A stretch of 61,775 bases of DNA from Moraxella sp. (GTDB lineage Bacteria; Pseudomonadota; Gammaproteobacteria; Pseudomonadales; Moraxellaceae). A program made the translations under genes and the position numbers. The DNA lies in assembly GCA_041781275.1 (NCBI GenBank), contig JBHAZZ010000020.1:1-61775 (forward strand). The letters are read 5' to 3'. Below are positions 46,356 to 57,945 of the stretch, piece after piece. Each line of letters starts with the position of its first letter. Position 1 is the stretch's first letter. The notes beneath the pieces are model-generated. The model was not told the DNA's origin. It worked only from the letters and a program-made list of their open reading frames with translations, and ran no database searches.

Positions 46356-49067
46356 TCACTCATCAACAATGATGGTTGCCACAAGTTTGCCGTCAATTTT
46401 ATCATAACGCACTTTGGGTTTGGGTGGCGTATGACAAGCCACGTCTTTTTTATCATCAAAACGTTTATCTTTGTTTGACTTATAAAAAGATCGATCTTTG
46501 GATTTATTGGCGGTCTTATCTTTGGTGATTTTGTCTTTGGCAAATTTATCTTTGCGCTGCGTTTTGCTTGCTGGTTGATAAGCTGGTGTTTCTTGTTTAA
46601 CAGGATTTTGTTTGGTTGTTTTATGGATAGGTTTATCTTTATTTTCTTTGGAAGAAACATTAAACTCTTCATCATATTTATGAGTGTCTTTTTGTACTGA
46701 CTGCTCTTTATGACGAATTTCATAACTTTGATGAATGGGTTTTTTAATATCAAAATCAAAGCCAATGGTTTTATCAGTGATATTTTGTACCTGATAACGA
46801 TTCATCAAACTTTCGTCCAACACAAAACGGGTATAATTATTACTAAAATATAATACTCCATTGGGCGAAAGACGATTCATCGCACGATTGATTAATGCCA
46901 CATGATCACGCTGTACATCAAACGTACCTTTAAATTTTTTGGAATTAGAAAACGTGGGTGGATCAATAAAAATCACATCGTATTGAGCGGTGTTATTTTT
47001 AATCCATTCAAAGACGTCCGCCCCAATAAATTGATAACGCTCATTACCCAAATCGTCTTGTGCGTCTAATACCAAGCCATTTAATGCAAAGTTTTGTTTG
47101 CCCCACATCAAATAATTTTCTGACAAATCCACACTGGTTACAGAAGCCGCCCCAGAAATGGCACTATGCACACTGGCGCTACAGGTATAAGCGAACAAAT
47201 TTAACACACGTTTGCGGGCGCTGGCTTGTTTGACCTTTTGACGCATCAGGCGGTGATCAATAAATAATCCAGTGTCCAAATAATCACTGAAATTTACATA
47301 AAAATACGCCCCATCTTCTTTGGCAAGGTACATTTTTTTACGTTTATTGTCCGCATTGGGGTTTTTGGTGTATTGTTCGTTGCCCGATTGTCTGGCTCGG
47401 GTTTTGATAAAAATGGACTCACGAGACACGCCAAACACATCACGCACCGCTGACAAAACTTGATTGAATCGCTGTTTGGCAACTTCAGGGGGAATTTGTT
47501 TGGGTGGGGCATATTCTTGGACGTGAATTTTGTCGCCGTACACATCTATCGCCACATTATAGTTGGGCAAATCAGCATCATAAACTCGCAGATTGCTCAC
47601 GCCTTGTGCTTTGGCAAGTTTTTTTAGGTGAGTAAGATTTTTTTGTAAGCGGTTAATGAAGTCTTGATTGTCGCCCGTGATGTCTTTTTTGACGAAATTT
47701 TCTATCAAATTTGCTTTGTCTTGCCACACCAAACGCCCATGACGAAAATACACAGTCAGTGCTCCGTTATGACAACGTAACGTTTTTGGATCGGCGATCG
47801 GCAACATATCGGCTTCTTCTACATGACTTGCCAATACCGCAAGGCTTGCCTGCGTGATATTTGCCCTACTCAAGCCATCTTTTAGTAGCAGTCCCAAACC
47901 TTGATATAAAGGCTTGATAAATTCACTGTCGCCAAGTCGCTCGCCATAAGGGGGATTGGTGATGATAAAGGGGTTTTGGACAGTGTTAAGTTTATCGCCC
48001 AAAATCACAGGAAGCTGACTTAAGGCAGCCGTGTGCAAATACACTTGTGGCAATAAAGGCGCTATGGCGGACGCCAATAAATTTCTATGACACGCCTGCA
48101 CCGCCGTAGGGTCAGCGTCTAGGGCAATGACCGTCATGGGGCTCGTGGTTAGGTGGGTGAGCTGCTTTTTAAACGTTTCATTGGCGAAGTCTATCGCCGC
48201 CTGCCATAAAGTTTCGTCATGATACGCCCAGTGATAAAAACCAAACTGTGGCACTTTGTCTAGTCCTACCGGATAGTCCGCTTTCATCAATAACGCTTCA
48301 CTGATAAACGTGCCCGAGCCACACATCGGATCAATCAAAGCGTCATACTCGCCTGTATGCCAGCCACTTTCATAAAGCAGTGCCGCCGCCAAATTTTCTT
48401 TTAGGGGCGCTTTTGTGTTTGCCACACGGTATCCACGGCGATGTAAGCTCACCCCCGACAAATCCAAAAACAGTTCGGCAAAATTGTGATTGGCACTGGC
48501 AAAAATACTAATGTTGGCGGCGTGCGTATCCACATCGGGACGTTTGCCCAATTTGGCATTAAAGCTGTCAGCGATGGCGTCTTTGATACGCAGTGTGGCA
48601 AACTGCTGATTGACCGCCAAGCGTTTATCTGTGGCAAGACGCACCACAAAGGTCTGCTCCACCTTAAAAATACTTGTCCAATCATAACGACCCACAAACT
48701 CATACAAAGCACTGGGTACATCTTCGTCAATCTCCACCAATTCCACTTGACGGCTGATTTTTTTGCCTTGGCTGTTGGTGCTGTGTTGGGTTACTATGCT
48801 CTTTTTTTGTTTGAATGAATAATGACCAATGGGCAATAAAATGCGACTTGCCACACGGCTGTACAAAAATAAGCGATAAAACGCTGACAAATCCACATTG
48901 ACCGCCACACGCCCCACACGCTCTACCGTCCCTGTCAAACCAAAGCTTGCAAGCTCAATCAGCAGTGCATTTTCCAAGCCGTCAGCGCACGTAATAACCA
49001 CCAAAAAAGACCGTGGATCAAAATCAACAAAGGGACGATCGGCAAACAGACAAGGGGCAAGACTCAT
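46356..49067 (-). CDS. rlmL: 23S rRNA methyltransferase RlmKL
   Basis: APLKENLAA, DPMCGSGT, NPPYGERL, DTGLFIDHR, DPPTFSNS; Lys-rich tail. Confidence 0.95.
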   Translation of the reverse strand: MSLAPCLFADRPFVDFDPRSFLVVITCADGLENALLIELASFGLTGTVERVGRVAVNVDLSAFYRLFLYSRVASRILLPIGHYSFKQKKSIVTQHSTNSQGKKISRQVELVEIDEDVPSALYEFVGRYDWTSIFKVEQTFVVRLATDKRLAVNQQFATLRIKDAIADSFNAKLGKRPDVDTHAANISIFASANHNFAELFLDLSGVSLHRRGYRVANTKAPLKENLAAALLYESGWHTGEYDALIDPMCGSGTFISEALLMKADYPVGLDKVPQFGFYHWAYHDETLWQAAIDFANETFKKQLTHLTTSPMTVIALDADPTAVQACHRNLLASAIAPLLPQVYLHTAALSQLPVILGDKLNTVQNPFIITNPPYGERLGDSEFIKPLYQGLGLLLKDGLSRANITQASLAVLASHVEEADMLPIADPKTLRCHNGALTVYFRHGRLVWQDKANLIENFVKKDITGDNQDFINRLQKNLTHLKKLAKAQGVSNLRVYDADLPNYNVAIDVYGDKIHVQEYAPPKQIPPEVAKQRFNQVLSAVRDVFGVSRESIFIKTRARQSGNEQYTKNPNADNKRKKMYLAKEDGAYFYVNFSDYLDTGLFIDHRLMRQKVKQASARKRVLNLFAYTCSASVHSAISGAASVTSVDLSENYLMWGKQNFALNGLVLDAQDDLGNERYQFIGADVFEWIKNNTAQYDVIFIDPPTFSNSKKFKGTFDVQRDHVALINRAMNRLSPNGVLYFSNNYTRFVLDESLMNRYQVQNITDKTIGFDFDIKKPIHQSYEIRHKEQSVQKDTHKYDEEFNVSSKENKDKPIHKTTKQNPVKQETPAYQPASKTQRKDKFAKDKITKDKTANKSKDRSFYKSNKDKRFDDKKDVACHTPPKPKVRYDKIDGKLVATIIVDE

Positions 49068-49109
49068 AATTTTCTCATATTTTTGTATAACCGCTTATTA
49101 TAACACAAA

Positions 49110-50318
49110 TCACACTTTACGCATGGCTTGTTCTACGCTTTCTTCGCTGGGCAAGTCTTCATAAGGCTTGTCATCGTCAAGCTTTTCACCATCAAGCTTA
49201 TCACCTTGGGGCAACCTGTCGTTCTCTAACAAAATTTGCGTGTGTGGATATGGCACAACAATGCCTGCGTCATCAAGACAACGTTTGACCCGTTCGGTAA
49301 TGTTTTCTTTGATGATGGGAATTTGAGCCACCGCCAACGGTGCTACCCAAAACCGCACAATGATTTGTAGCGCATAATCGCCAATGTCGCTCACCGTTGC
49401 CATTGGGGCTGGGTGTTTTAGCACCACTTCTTCTTTGGCAAGCATTTTTAGAATGCTTTGACGGGCAAGGGTCATGTCAGCGTGCAAAGGAATGCGAGCC
49501 CTAACCGCAAAACGAATCATTTTTTTGGACGTTAAATTAACAATTTCTGATGATGACATGGTGGCATTAGGAATGATGATGATCATATTATCCCGATCCA
49601 AAATTTGCGTGGCTCGCAAAGAAATTTTAACCACTCGCCCTTCTTTGGTACCGATACGCACCCAATCGCCCACCTGAAAAAACTGCTCCACCAAAATGGT
49701 TACGCCTGCAATAAAATTTGCCAAGGTACTTTGAGCGGCAAAACCCACCACCAAGCCCACCACACCCAGACCTGCCAAAAGCGAGATGATGTCAAAGCCA
49801 AATTGTGCCAAAATGCTGGTCAGCGCCAAAAAGATGATCGTTACCAAGATTAAGTTTTTTAAAAGCTGTTCAATGGACGCATTTAAATGATAATAACGCA
49901 GCACTTTGGCAAGAATCTGTCCGCTTTTTGTCCATAAAATGCCATAAAAAATCGCCCATAACGTCGCTTTTAAGGTCGCCTGCACAATGCTTGGCTTGAC
50001 GCCGATTTGCGTCATCACCCCAATCACCCCAATCACAGGGAAAACATAGTGCATGGCGGTGCGCAGTTTGCTGATTTGTATGTCTGACAGCTTTAGGCGA
50101 TCTTTAAGGCGTTTTAGGGCATAAAGCAGCGCCAAATAACAAAGCCAAATCAGCACCAAAATAATCAATGCACGCAGACTGACAGTAAGCAGCGCCTGAG
50201 CTTTCGCCTGCCAACTGGACGCTTCTTTTTCCAAAGAGCCACCAAGCGCCACATAAATGTTTTGATAAATGCCATATAACACATTTTGTAAATACGTCAT
50301 AACCTGATCTACTGTCAT
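49110..50318 (-). CDS. MscS-family mechanosensitive channel
   Basis: GLVVGFAAQSTLANFIAG, FQVGDWV, IPN; start uncertain (up to 50360). Confidence 0.9.
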   Translation of the reverse strand: MTVDQVMTYLQNVLYGIYQNIYVALGGSLEKEASSWQAKAQALLTVSLRALIILVLIWLCYLALLYALKRLKDRLKLSDIQISKLRTAMHYVFPVIGVIGVMTQIGVKPSIVQATLKATLWAIFYGILWTKSGQILAKVLRYYHLNASIEQLLKNLILVTIIFLALTSILAQFGFDIISLLAGLGVVGLVVGFAAQSTLANFIAGVTILVEQFFQVGDWVRIGTKEGRVVKISLRATQILDRDNMIIIIPNATMSSSEIVNLTSKKMIRFAVRARIPLHADMTLARQSILKMLAKEEVVLKHPAPMATVSDIGDYALQIIVRFWVAPLAVAQIPIIKENITERVKRCLDDAGIVVPYPHTQILLENDRLPQGDKLDGEKLDDDKPYEDLPSEESVEQAMRKV

Positions 50319-50415
50319 TTGATTACTCACCACAAAAAACAATCGCCACAAACGTGGCAAAACTCAACAAAACAGCAAAACCCCACGCAAGCATGGGGCT
50401 TTGATTGAACACGAT

Positions 50416-52137
50416 TTAAACCGTTTGCGATAATGCTGACAGCGTGCCTTTGAGCATGGCAGATACACTGCTGCTACAAGTGCCAATGCCCGAATAAATG
50501 CGTCCATCTACACTAAGCTGAATGTACGCCGCTGCTGCCGAATAGGTTTCATCGCCCACATCATCATCTGCGACACTTTCGGTGGCTTTGGTGTTGATGG
50601 CGTGTTCGGCATAGTTGGTGATGTGGATTTGTTTGCCTGTGGCTTTGATTAGTCCATCAATAAATGCCGATAATGCGCCATTGCCTTGACCGACGATGTC
50701 AATCACGCCATCGGGGGTTGCCACTTGTCCTTGGAAACTGACGTTACCACCTTTGTTATTGATTTGATAATCATTTAAGCAGTACACTTGCTGAGCCAAA
50801 TACGTTTGGGTAAAAATCTCCAAAAGTTCATCGTTTTTAAGCTCACGGGCTTTGGCTTCGGCTTCTTTTTGTACCACTTTGGCAAAGTCAATTTGCGTCC
50901 AACGGGGCAAATGAAAACCATAATGACGCTGTAAAATATACGCCACACCACCTTTGCCTGATTGGCTATTGATACGCACCACGTCTTGATAACCACGACC
51001 GATATGTAGCGGATCAACGGGCAGATACGCCACGTCCCAATGATTTTCGGTTTCTTGGTGTTTTTCGTTAAAGTCTAGGCTCTTTTTGATGGCGTCTTGG
51101 TGTGAGCCACTAAAGGCAGTAAACACAAGTTCACCAACATAAGGGTGGCGTGGGTGCACAGGCAAGTTATTACATTCGGTAACCACTTGCATGATTTCGC
51201 TGACTTGGGACAAATCCAATTCAGGATCAACACCTTGGGTATATAGGTTCATCGCCATGACCAAAATGTCCATGTTACCTGTGCGTTCGCCATTGCCCAA
51301 CAGCGTGCCTTCAATACGGTCAGCCCCCGCAAGCAATCCAAGCTCGGACGCTGCCACCGCACAGCCACGGTCATTGTGGGTATGTAGGCTGACAATCACG
51401 TCTTTGCGGCATTTTAGATGACGACAAAAATATTCTACTTGGTCAGCATATAAATTTGGCGTACTGGCTTCTACCGTGGCAGGCAAATTTAAAATGACTT
51501 TTTGACCGTTTTGTGGCTGCCAAACATCACACACCGCTTCACACACTTCAATGGCAAAATCGGTTTCGGTTTGGCTAAAGCTTTCGGGGGAATACTGAAA
51601 AATCCATTCGGTACCGGTATGACCTTTGGCAAGGTCTCTGACCAATGTCGCCCCATGAATGGCGATGTCCTTAATGCCTTGTTTATCTAGCTTATAAACC
51701 TTATCACGTTGGACTTTTGAAGTGGAATTATACACATGAACGATGGCACGTTTTGCCCCTTGCAAGGCTTCAAAGGTGCGCTCAATCAAATGCTCACGAG
51801 CCTGCACCAGCACCTGCAAAGTTACATCATCAGGCACATGACCGCCTTCAATCAACAAACGGGCAAAATCAAACTCCACTTGCGCCGCCGACGGAAAGCC
51901 GATTTCAATTTCTTTAAAGCCGACCGCCACCAACAATTTAAAAAAGCGTAATTTTTGTTCAATGGTCATGGGGTCAATCAAAGCTTGGTTGCCATCTCGC
52001 AAATCCACGCTTGCCCAAATGGGGGCTTTGGTAATGCGTTTGTCGCACCAAGTCCGATCAGGCAGGTGTGGCGCAAATTCAAAAGGACGATATTTGGTGT
52101 GGTCAAATGCTGGATTTTTTGGGGTAATGTGTGGCAT
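50416..52137 (-). CDS. leuA: 2-isopropylmalate synthase
   Basis: DLRDGNQAL, HTHNDRG, GNGERTGN, RINSQSGKGG. Confidence 0.96.
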   Translation of the reverse strand: MPHITPKNPAFDHTKYRPFEFAPHLPDRTWCDKRITKAPIWASVDLRDGNQALIDPMTIEQKLRFFKLLVAVGFKEIEIGFPSAAQVEFDFARLLIEGGHVPDDVTLQVLVQAREHLIERTFEALQGAKRAIVHVYNSTSKVQRDKVYKLDKQGIKDIAIHGATLVRDLAKGHTGTEWIFQYSPESFSQTETDFAIEVCEAVCDVWQPQNGQKVILNLPATVEASTPNLYADQVEYFCRHLKCRKDVIVSLHTHNDRGCAVAASELGLLAGADRIEGTLLGNGERTGNMDILVMAMNLYTQGVDPELDLSQVSEIMQVVTECNNLPVHPRHPYVGELVFTAFSGSHQDAIKKSLDFNEKHQETENHWDVAYLPVDPLHIGRGYQDVVRINSQSGKGGVAYILQRHYGFHLPRWTQIDFAKVVQKEAEAKARELKNDELLEIFTQTYLAQQVYCLNDYQINNKGGNVSFQGQVATPDGVIDIVGQGNGALSAFIDGLIKATGKQIHITNYAEHAINTKATESVADDDVGDETYSAAAAYIQLSVDGRIYSGIGTCSSSVSAMLKGTLSALSQTV

Positions 52138-52322
52138 AAACTTAACCTTTATCAACTGTTCTGGCTTCAATAAAAATGCTTGCTTATGATAACAAAAAGC
52201 CATGAGTGATTTTTACCAATTTTAATACAATTTTTTGCATTATTTTATAAAAAATACTAAAATTTTGTTATTTTATAGTAAAATTTACTCAAAATCAGCC
52301 AATTTTGCATAAGGACTTCCTA

Positions 52323-52787
52323 ATGATAACCCTAGATCACACCGATCACACCATTTTGCAACTGCTTTGTGCCAACGCCCGCATTTCTGTTGCTGACATT
52401 GCCGAAAAAATCAATCTGTCCGCCACCCCCACCATTCGCCGTATCAAACGCCTAGAAGACAGTGGCGTCATCACAGGCTACCACGCCCACACATCGCCCC
52501 ACGCTTTGGGTTTACCACTGTCGGTTTTTGTGGCGGTCAGCATGGACAAACACACCGCCGAGCGTTTTGATGAATTTGAACGACAGATCGCCCAATTTAA
52601 TGAAGTCATTAGCTGTAGCGTGGTTACGGGTCGCTCTGAAGATTATCTCTTAAAAGTCGTGGTGCGTGATATGCGTCATTATGAAGAATTTTTGCTCACT
52701 CGCTTAAGCAAAATTGACGGGGTCAGCCAATTACACACCAGTTTTGAGCTAAGAGAAGTGTTTCATCGGGGCGTGATTGACATCTAA
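52323..52787 (+). CDS. Lrp/AsnC-family regulator divergent from leuA
   Basis: LD..D..IL..L..NARIS..DIA, RRIKRLE..GVI. Confidence 0.92.
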   Translation: MITLDHTDHTILQLLCANARISVADIAEKINLSATPTIRRIKRLEDSGVITGYHAHTSPHALGLPLSVFVAVSMDKHTAERFDEFERQIAQFNEVISCSVVTGRSEDYLLKVVVRDMRHYEEFLLTRLSKIDGVSQLHTSFELREVFHRGVIDI

Positions 52788-52852
52788 CTTCCTGTTTATT
52801 TAGCCATTTCCTTGATGATTGCTCTAATCATAAATAACTCTTTTTAAATTTT

Positions 52853-52880
52853 AAGAATGATTGTTATTTACATTATTATT
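52853..52880 (+). promoter_or_regulatory. Possible Fur box
   Basis: aagaatgattgttatttac, about 12/19 to the E. coli consensus, upstream of an iron-type receptor. Confidence 0.45.
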
Positions 52881-52970
52881 TATATTTTGTATAATTGTCA
52901 GCGAAGTTTGCTAGAACCTATCATTTTTGTAACAGTAAACTATCCATGCAATCACTTTAAGGACAAACTC

Positions 52971-55112
52971 ATGCGTACTTTTTCACTTAAGCCTTTACCT
53001 TTGACGGCGGCTGTTTTTGGCGTTTTAGCCATGCAAAGCGCTGCCGCTAACGACACTCAGACTCCCACCGTTGAATTAGAACACATGACGATACAACTAG
53101 AACGTCAAGGCACCAAACTAAAAAGTAACGTCATCACCACCCAACAAAAAAACGAAAGCACCGCAACCGATTTGCGGGGTTTATTGCAAGGTGAACCTGC
53201 CATTGACTTTTCGGGTGGTAATGGCATGTCTCAATTTATCACCATTCGTGGTATGGGGCAAAACTCCATTGATGTCAAAGTGGATAATGCCTATAGCGAC
53301 AGCCAAATTCTCTATCACCAAGGCAGATTCATGCTCGATCCTAGCCTTGTCAAAATCGTCAGTGTACAAAAAGGTGCAGGTTCTGCCAGTGCAGGTATTG
53401 GCGCAACCAATGGCGCCATCGTTGCCAAAACTGTGGACGCTAACGACCTTCTAAAAGGCAGCGACAAAGATTGGGGTGTGAAAGTCAATGCAGGTTACAG
53501 CAGTAATGACGAGCATTCTTATGGGGTGTCAGGATTTGGAAAAACCGACAAATTTGATTTTTTAATTTCTGGCAATCGTGTTGAGCAAGACAACTACAAA
53601 GCAGGCAAGGGCTACGTCAGCCCTGTAGATGGCAGTGATACCGTACATTATAGTGCACTAGATAAGATCAGCTATCTTGCCAAAGCAGGGGTCAATTTGG
53701 GCGATCATCGCTTCGTTTTAAGTCATTTTAAAGATGAAAATAAAGGCACTCGTAACATTCGTGAAGAGTTTGATTGGTTTGATGCAGGTGCAAGCACACA
53801 AGACCCACAGTACCGCAAAGTCTCTGTAGAAAACACCAACCTTGAATGGATTGGCAAAAACTTAGGCTTTGTCAGTGAAGCCACCGCCAACGTTTATCAA
53901 CTAAAAAACACTCGTGAATCTTATGACGACGCTCGTAATGGTTATGGGGGCAATTTTGCAGGTCAAAACAAGACCGAAGTTACCACCACAGGTGCCAACA
54001 TTAACTTTGACAGCTATGCTACCGATAACGTTCTGCTAAAATATGGGGTAAACTTCCGCCACCAAGAAGTTGAACCCAACCGACACTTAACAGCAACAGA
54101 TACCATCAATGTCAATGGGGTAGCAACCCCCCTTGGTGTTGATATCATCAACCAAGAAAAAACCGACACGGGCATTTATGTAGAAGCCATTGGCGATATC
54201 GGACCTGTTACCGCCACTGTTGGGGTGCGTTATGATCACTTCAACTTTAAGGCAATGGACGGTAAGGAAGTTTCTAACAGCGACCTTAACCCCAGTCTTG
54301 GCTTGATTTGGCAAGCCACGCCCGACCTAAGTTTTAGCGCCAACCACAACTACGCCACACGCAGCCCACGCTTGTATGATGCACTGATGGCACACGGTGG
54401 ACGTGGCGTTGTTTCTATCGCTGATAATGCCAAAGCCGAAAAAGCCCAAAACACCGAAATTGGTTTTAACTATAACCGTACCTTTAATAATGGCGGCGTA
54501 TTAGCATTAGATGGCGGTTATTTTTGGCAAAGCATTGATAATTTGCTAAACAGCGCCACCGCCACCCGACACGATGTTGCAAGATACGCAGAAATTCAAA
54601 ACGTGGGACGAGCCAAAAACCAAGGTTATGAATTTAATGTGGGTTATCGCATCAAAAATTTAACAACCCGTTTGGGTGTCGCCAAAAGCGATCCAGAATT
54701 TTATAGCGATTTAGATAGCACTGGCACACCCATTGCTCGCTTTGCCAACCGTGAGTACGCCATGCCCATTGGCAGAACATGGACAGCCGATGTGTCTTAT
54801 CGTTTCAACAAACCAAACATTGAAGTTGGCGCTCGTCATCGCCTAGTGGAAGATGTCATTGGTCAGACTGCATGGCAATACCACACCATCACAAGCAGAC
54901 CCCAAACCACCAACGATTTAACCTTAAAACGTGATGGTTATAATGTAACTGACATTTATGCCAACTGGAAACCCTATGGCACAGACAAAATGAACGTGAA
55001 TTTTGCCATCAATAACATCACCGATGAATTATATCGCCCGCACACAGGCTCTATCACACATTTGCCTGCCACAGGTCGTGAATTCCGTGTTGGGCTAAAC
55101 TTCACTTACTGA
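52971..55112 (+). CDS. TonB-dependent outer membrane receptor (CopB/FrpB-like)
   Basis: Signal peptide, IRGMGQNSIDVKVDNAYSDSQILYHQGRF plug, C-terminal GREFRVGLNFTY. Confidence 0.9.
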   Translation: MRTFSLKPLPLTAAVFGVLAMQSAAANDTQTPTVELEHMTIQLERQGTKLKSNVITTQQKNESTATDLRGLLQGEPAIDFSGGNGMSQFITIRGMGQNSIDVKVDNAYSDSQILYHQGRFMLDPSLVKIVSVQKGAGSASAGIGATNGAIVAKTVDANDLLKGSDKDWGVKVNAGYSSNDEHSYGVSGFGKTDKFDFLISGNRVEQDNYKAGKGYVSPVDGSDTVHYSALDKISYLAKAGVNLGDHRFVLSHFKDENKGTRNIREEFDWFDAGASTQDPQYRKVSVENTNLEWIGKNLGFVSEATANVYQLKNTRESYDDARNGYGGNFAGQNKTEVTTTGANINFDSYATDNVLLKYGVNFRHQEVEPNRHLTATDTINVNGVATPLGVDIINQEKTDTGIYVEAIGDIGPVTATVGVRYDHFNFKAMDGKEVSNSDLNPSLGLIWQATPDLSFSANHNYATRSPRLYDALMAHGGRGVVSIADNAKAEKAQNTEIGFNYNRTFNNGGVLALDGGYFWQSIDNLLNSATATRHDVARYAEIQNVGRAKNQGYEFNVGYRIKNLTTRLGVAKSDPEFYSDLDSTGTPIARFANREYAMPIGRTWTADVSYRFNKPNIEVGARHRLVEDVIGQTAWQYHTITSRPQTTNDLTLKRDGYNVTDIYANWKPYGTDKMNVNFAINNITDELYRPHTGSITHLPATGREFRVGLNFTY

Positions 55113-55145
55113 ATCATTTACTTACCAACTTTGTTTTTCTCCACC

Positions 55146-55180
55146 AAAAAACCAAGTCTATGGATTGGACTTGGTTTTTT
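55146..55180. terminator. Bidirectional terminator
   Basis: aaaaaaccaagtc...gacttggtttttt between converging genes. Confidence 0.8.
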
Positions 55181-55238
55181 CTTGTTTTTGGCTTTTTAGA
55201 AAAATTGGCGCAACTTGGTCAATTTAATTGAGCAAATG

Positions 55239-55904
55239 TTAAAATTTCACCGTCTCCACGCCCTGCTCACTTGCTTTTAACATGATGTTGGCACGCTGAT
55301 GAGCAAACACACCATTACACACCACGCCCACAATATTATTTAAGGTCTCTTCCAAGGCCTTGGGGCTAGACACATCAAGTTCGTATGTATCCAAAATGAC
55401 ATTGCCATAATCGGTAACAAAGCCAGAGCGATACACGGGGTCGCCGCCCAATTTCACCAGTTGTCTTGCCACATACGATCTGGCTTGGGGCAGTACTTCT
55501 ATCGCCACAGGAAATTTACCCAACGTCTGTACAATTTTGCTGTCATCAACCATACAAATGAAAGTTTTGGAAGCTGCTGCCACGATTTTTTCACGGGTCA
55601 AAGCGCCACCGCCACCCTTAATCATCTCACCAAAGGCGTTGATTTCGTCTGCACCATCTATATACAAATCAAGCTCGCCCACCTGATTTAAATCCAAAAT
55701 CTCCACCCCGATGGCACGCAAGCGATCTTCGGTAACTTTTGAGCTACACACCGCCCCCTTTAGGCGCACTCTTGGCAACAAATCAATCAAACAATTAACC
55801 GTACTGCCTGTACCCACCCCCAAAATCATGTTATTTTCTATATAACTTAGAGCAGCTTCGGCGGCGGCTTGCTTTTGGGCAAGTTTAGGATCGATGTTTG
55901 ACAT
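55239..55904 (-). CDS. rpiA: Ribose-5-phosphate isomerase A
   Basis: GVGTGST, DGADE, KGGGGALTREK. Confidence 0.96.
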   Translation of the reverse strand: MSNIDPKLAQKQAAAEAALSYIENNMILGVGTGSTVNCLIDLLPRVRLKGAVCSSKVTEDRLRAIGVEILDLNQVGELDLYIDGADEINAFGEMIKGGGGALTREKIVAAASKTFICMVDDSKIVQTLGKFPVAIEVLPQARSYVARQLVKLGGDPVYRSGFVTDYGNVILDTYELDVSSPKALEETLNNIVGVVCNGVFAHQRANIMLKASEQGVETVKF

Positions 55905-56025
55905 AAAACCCCTTTAACACTATTTAAAAATAAAAAAATTCGCCTTATTGTACGATAAGCGAATTAAAAAGCAAATAAAATATGCCACTCTTGGCAAGAT
56001 TTTGTTAAATTTTAGGCAAAAAAAT

Positions 56026-56129
<104 letters not shown>

Positions 56130-56226
56130 AAGTGAAATTATACGCCTTTTTTAAATTTTAGCAAGCACTTTTTATCAAAAGACGACAAATGGTGTGTTTT
56201 GGTCGCCAAACTAAGACATCGCCAAA

Positions 56227-56928
56227 CTAAGCCAAAGTACGGGCGTAGTTATCCACCCACGCCAAACGCTCCAACGTTCCTACGTCCACCCAAGTTGTCG
56301 TCAGTAGCTGACCTGACACCTGTCCATGACTCATGGCGTTTTTTAGCCTAGGAGCAAGGGCAGCAATCTCGCCCGATGCCACATCATCGACGATTTTTGG
56401 CGACATCACCGACAGTCCTGCAAAGGTATAATTGTTGGTGCTGTCTTGCTTTAGCCCCACTTGTCCATCAGCAAGTAGCGCAAAATCTCCATCAGGATTG
56501 TGCTCAGGGTTTGCTGTCAGTACCAAATGCGCCAGTTTGTCGCCAAGCGCCACCTTTGTCAGTTCATCAAAAGCAAACTGTGTCCACACATCGCCATTAA
56601 CGAGCACAAAGGGACTGTCATCAAGCAGCCCTTGCGTCAAGGCGTAGCGAATGCCGCCCGCCGTCTCCAAAGGTTCGGGCAATACACTTTCATCAGAAAT
56701 GCGTAAATTCACCCCCAAATCCATCGCCGACAAAGCGTCTTTGATGACACTACCTAGATAACCGACATTGATGGTGATGTCATAAATGCCCGCCTGCTTT
56801 AGGCGCTCAATATGCCAAACAATCAACGGTTTGTCCGCCACTGGCACTAAGGGTTTGGGCGTGGTCAGTGTCAAAGGTCGCATTCTTGTGCCTTTGCCTG
56901 CCGATAAAATCATGGCTTGTTTTATCAT
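56227..56928 (-). CDS. murU: N-acetylmuramate 1-phosphate uridylyltransferase
   Basis: GKGTRMRPLT..TPKPL, LETAGG, NGD; downstream of amgK. Confidence 0.88.
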   Translation of the reverse strand: MIKQAMILSAGKGTRMRPLTLTTPKPLVPVADKPLIVWHIERLKQAGIYDITINVGYLGSVIKDALSAMDLGVNLRISDESVLPEPLETAGGIRYALTQGLLDDSPFVLVNGDVWTQFAFDELTKVALGDKLAHLVLTANPEHNPDGDFALLADGQVGLKQDSTNNYTFAGLSVMSPKIVDDVASGEIAALAPRLKNAMSHGQVSGQLLTTTWVDVGTLERLAWVDNYARTLA

Positions 56929-56949
56929 GATTGTCCTTGATGGTTAATT

Positions 56950-57945
56950 TTATTTGCCAAATTTATGATGATACGCTTGCATGACATTGTCATTAAGCCA
57001 CGCCAAAAACGCTTGATACACATCGTTATCACGCTGACTTAGCCAAGACAATTCATACACCAAGTCCGTCATGACCTTTGGAATGTTTTGTAGGTAGCGA
57101 TCTTTGCCGTCTCGCTGTGATAAACGAATAAAAATACCCAGCACTTTTAGATGGCGCTGTACACCCATGACATTGACTTGATGGGTAAAGGTCTGCAAAT
57201 CCACTTGGGGGGCTTTTAATTCATAAAATGCCTTGATTTGACTTTCTACCCAATTTTCATCAAACTCAATATAAGCATCACGCACCAAACTTAATAAATC
57301 ATAAGTATAAGCCCCAATGACCGCATCTTGAAAATCAATCACGCCCAAATCATCACTGCCTTTATCCATCATCAAATTACGACTATGATAATCACGATGA
57401 ACAATGACTTTGGGCTGCGTTTCAATGTCGGCTAGGATTTGCTCTTTGACGGTTTGCCAAAGGGTTTGGGCACTGTCATCAAGAGTTACACCAACATAGG
57501 GCAAAAACCACTCACTGAACAAATCCATTTCACTGGCTAATTTTTCAGGGCTATACAGGGGCAAATCGGCGCTTGTTGGGATTTTTTGTAGCTCTACCAA
57601 CGTGGTCAATGCCTGATGATACAAAGCGTTGATGTCAGCGTCCGCTTTGGCGATTTCATGTGCAAATTCCACCGTACCAAAATCTTGTAACAACAAAAAC
57701 CCTTGGGCGATGTCTTGGGCGATGATGTCGGGGACATTGACTTTTTGGCTTAAGATGTTTGCCACATGAACAAACTCCACCACGCTTTCTTTTTCTGGGG
57801 GTGCGTCCATCAAAAGATAGGTTTTATCTTGTAGGACAATGCGATGATAACGGCGAAAACTTGCGTCTCCTGCCAAACTTTCTACTTGAAAAGCTTCACT
57901 GATGTGTGCGTTTAAAAAATTCATCATTGCGGCATGACGGTTCAT
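56950..57945 (-). CDS. amgK: Anomeric MurNAc/GlcNAc kinase (APH fold)
   Basis: GDASFRRY, HRDYHSRNLM, IDFQDA, GIFIRL..RDGK. Confidence 0.88.
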   Translation of the reverse strand: MNRHAAMMNFLNAHISEAFQVESLAGDASFRRYHRIVLQDKTYLLMDAPPEKESVVEFVHVANILSQKVNVPDIIAQDIAQGFLLLQDFGTVEFAHEIAKADADINALYHQALTTLVELQKIPTSADLPLYSPEKLASEMDLFSEWFLPYVGVTLDDSAQTLWQTVKEQILADIETQPKVIVHRDYHSRNLMMDKGSDDLGVIDFQDAVIGAYTYDLLSLVRDAYIEFDENWVESQIKAFYELKAPQVDLQTFTHQVNVMGVQRHLKVLGIFIRLSQRDGKDRYLQNIPKVMTDLVYELSWLSQRDNDVYQAFLAWLNDNVMQAYHHKFGK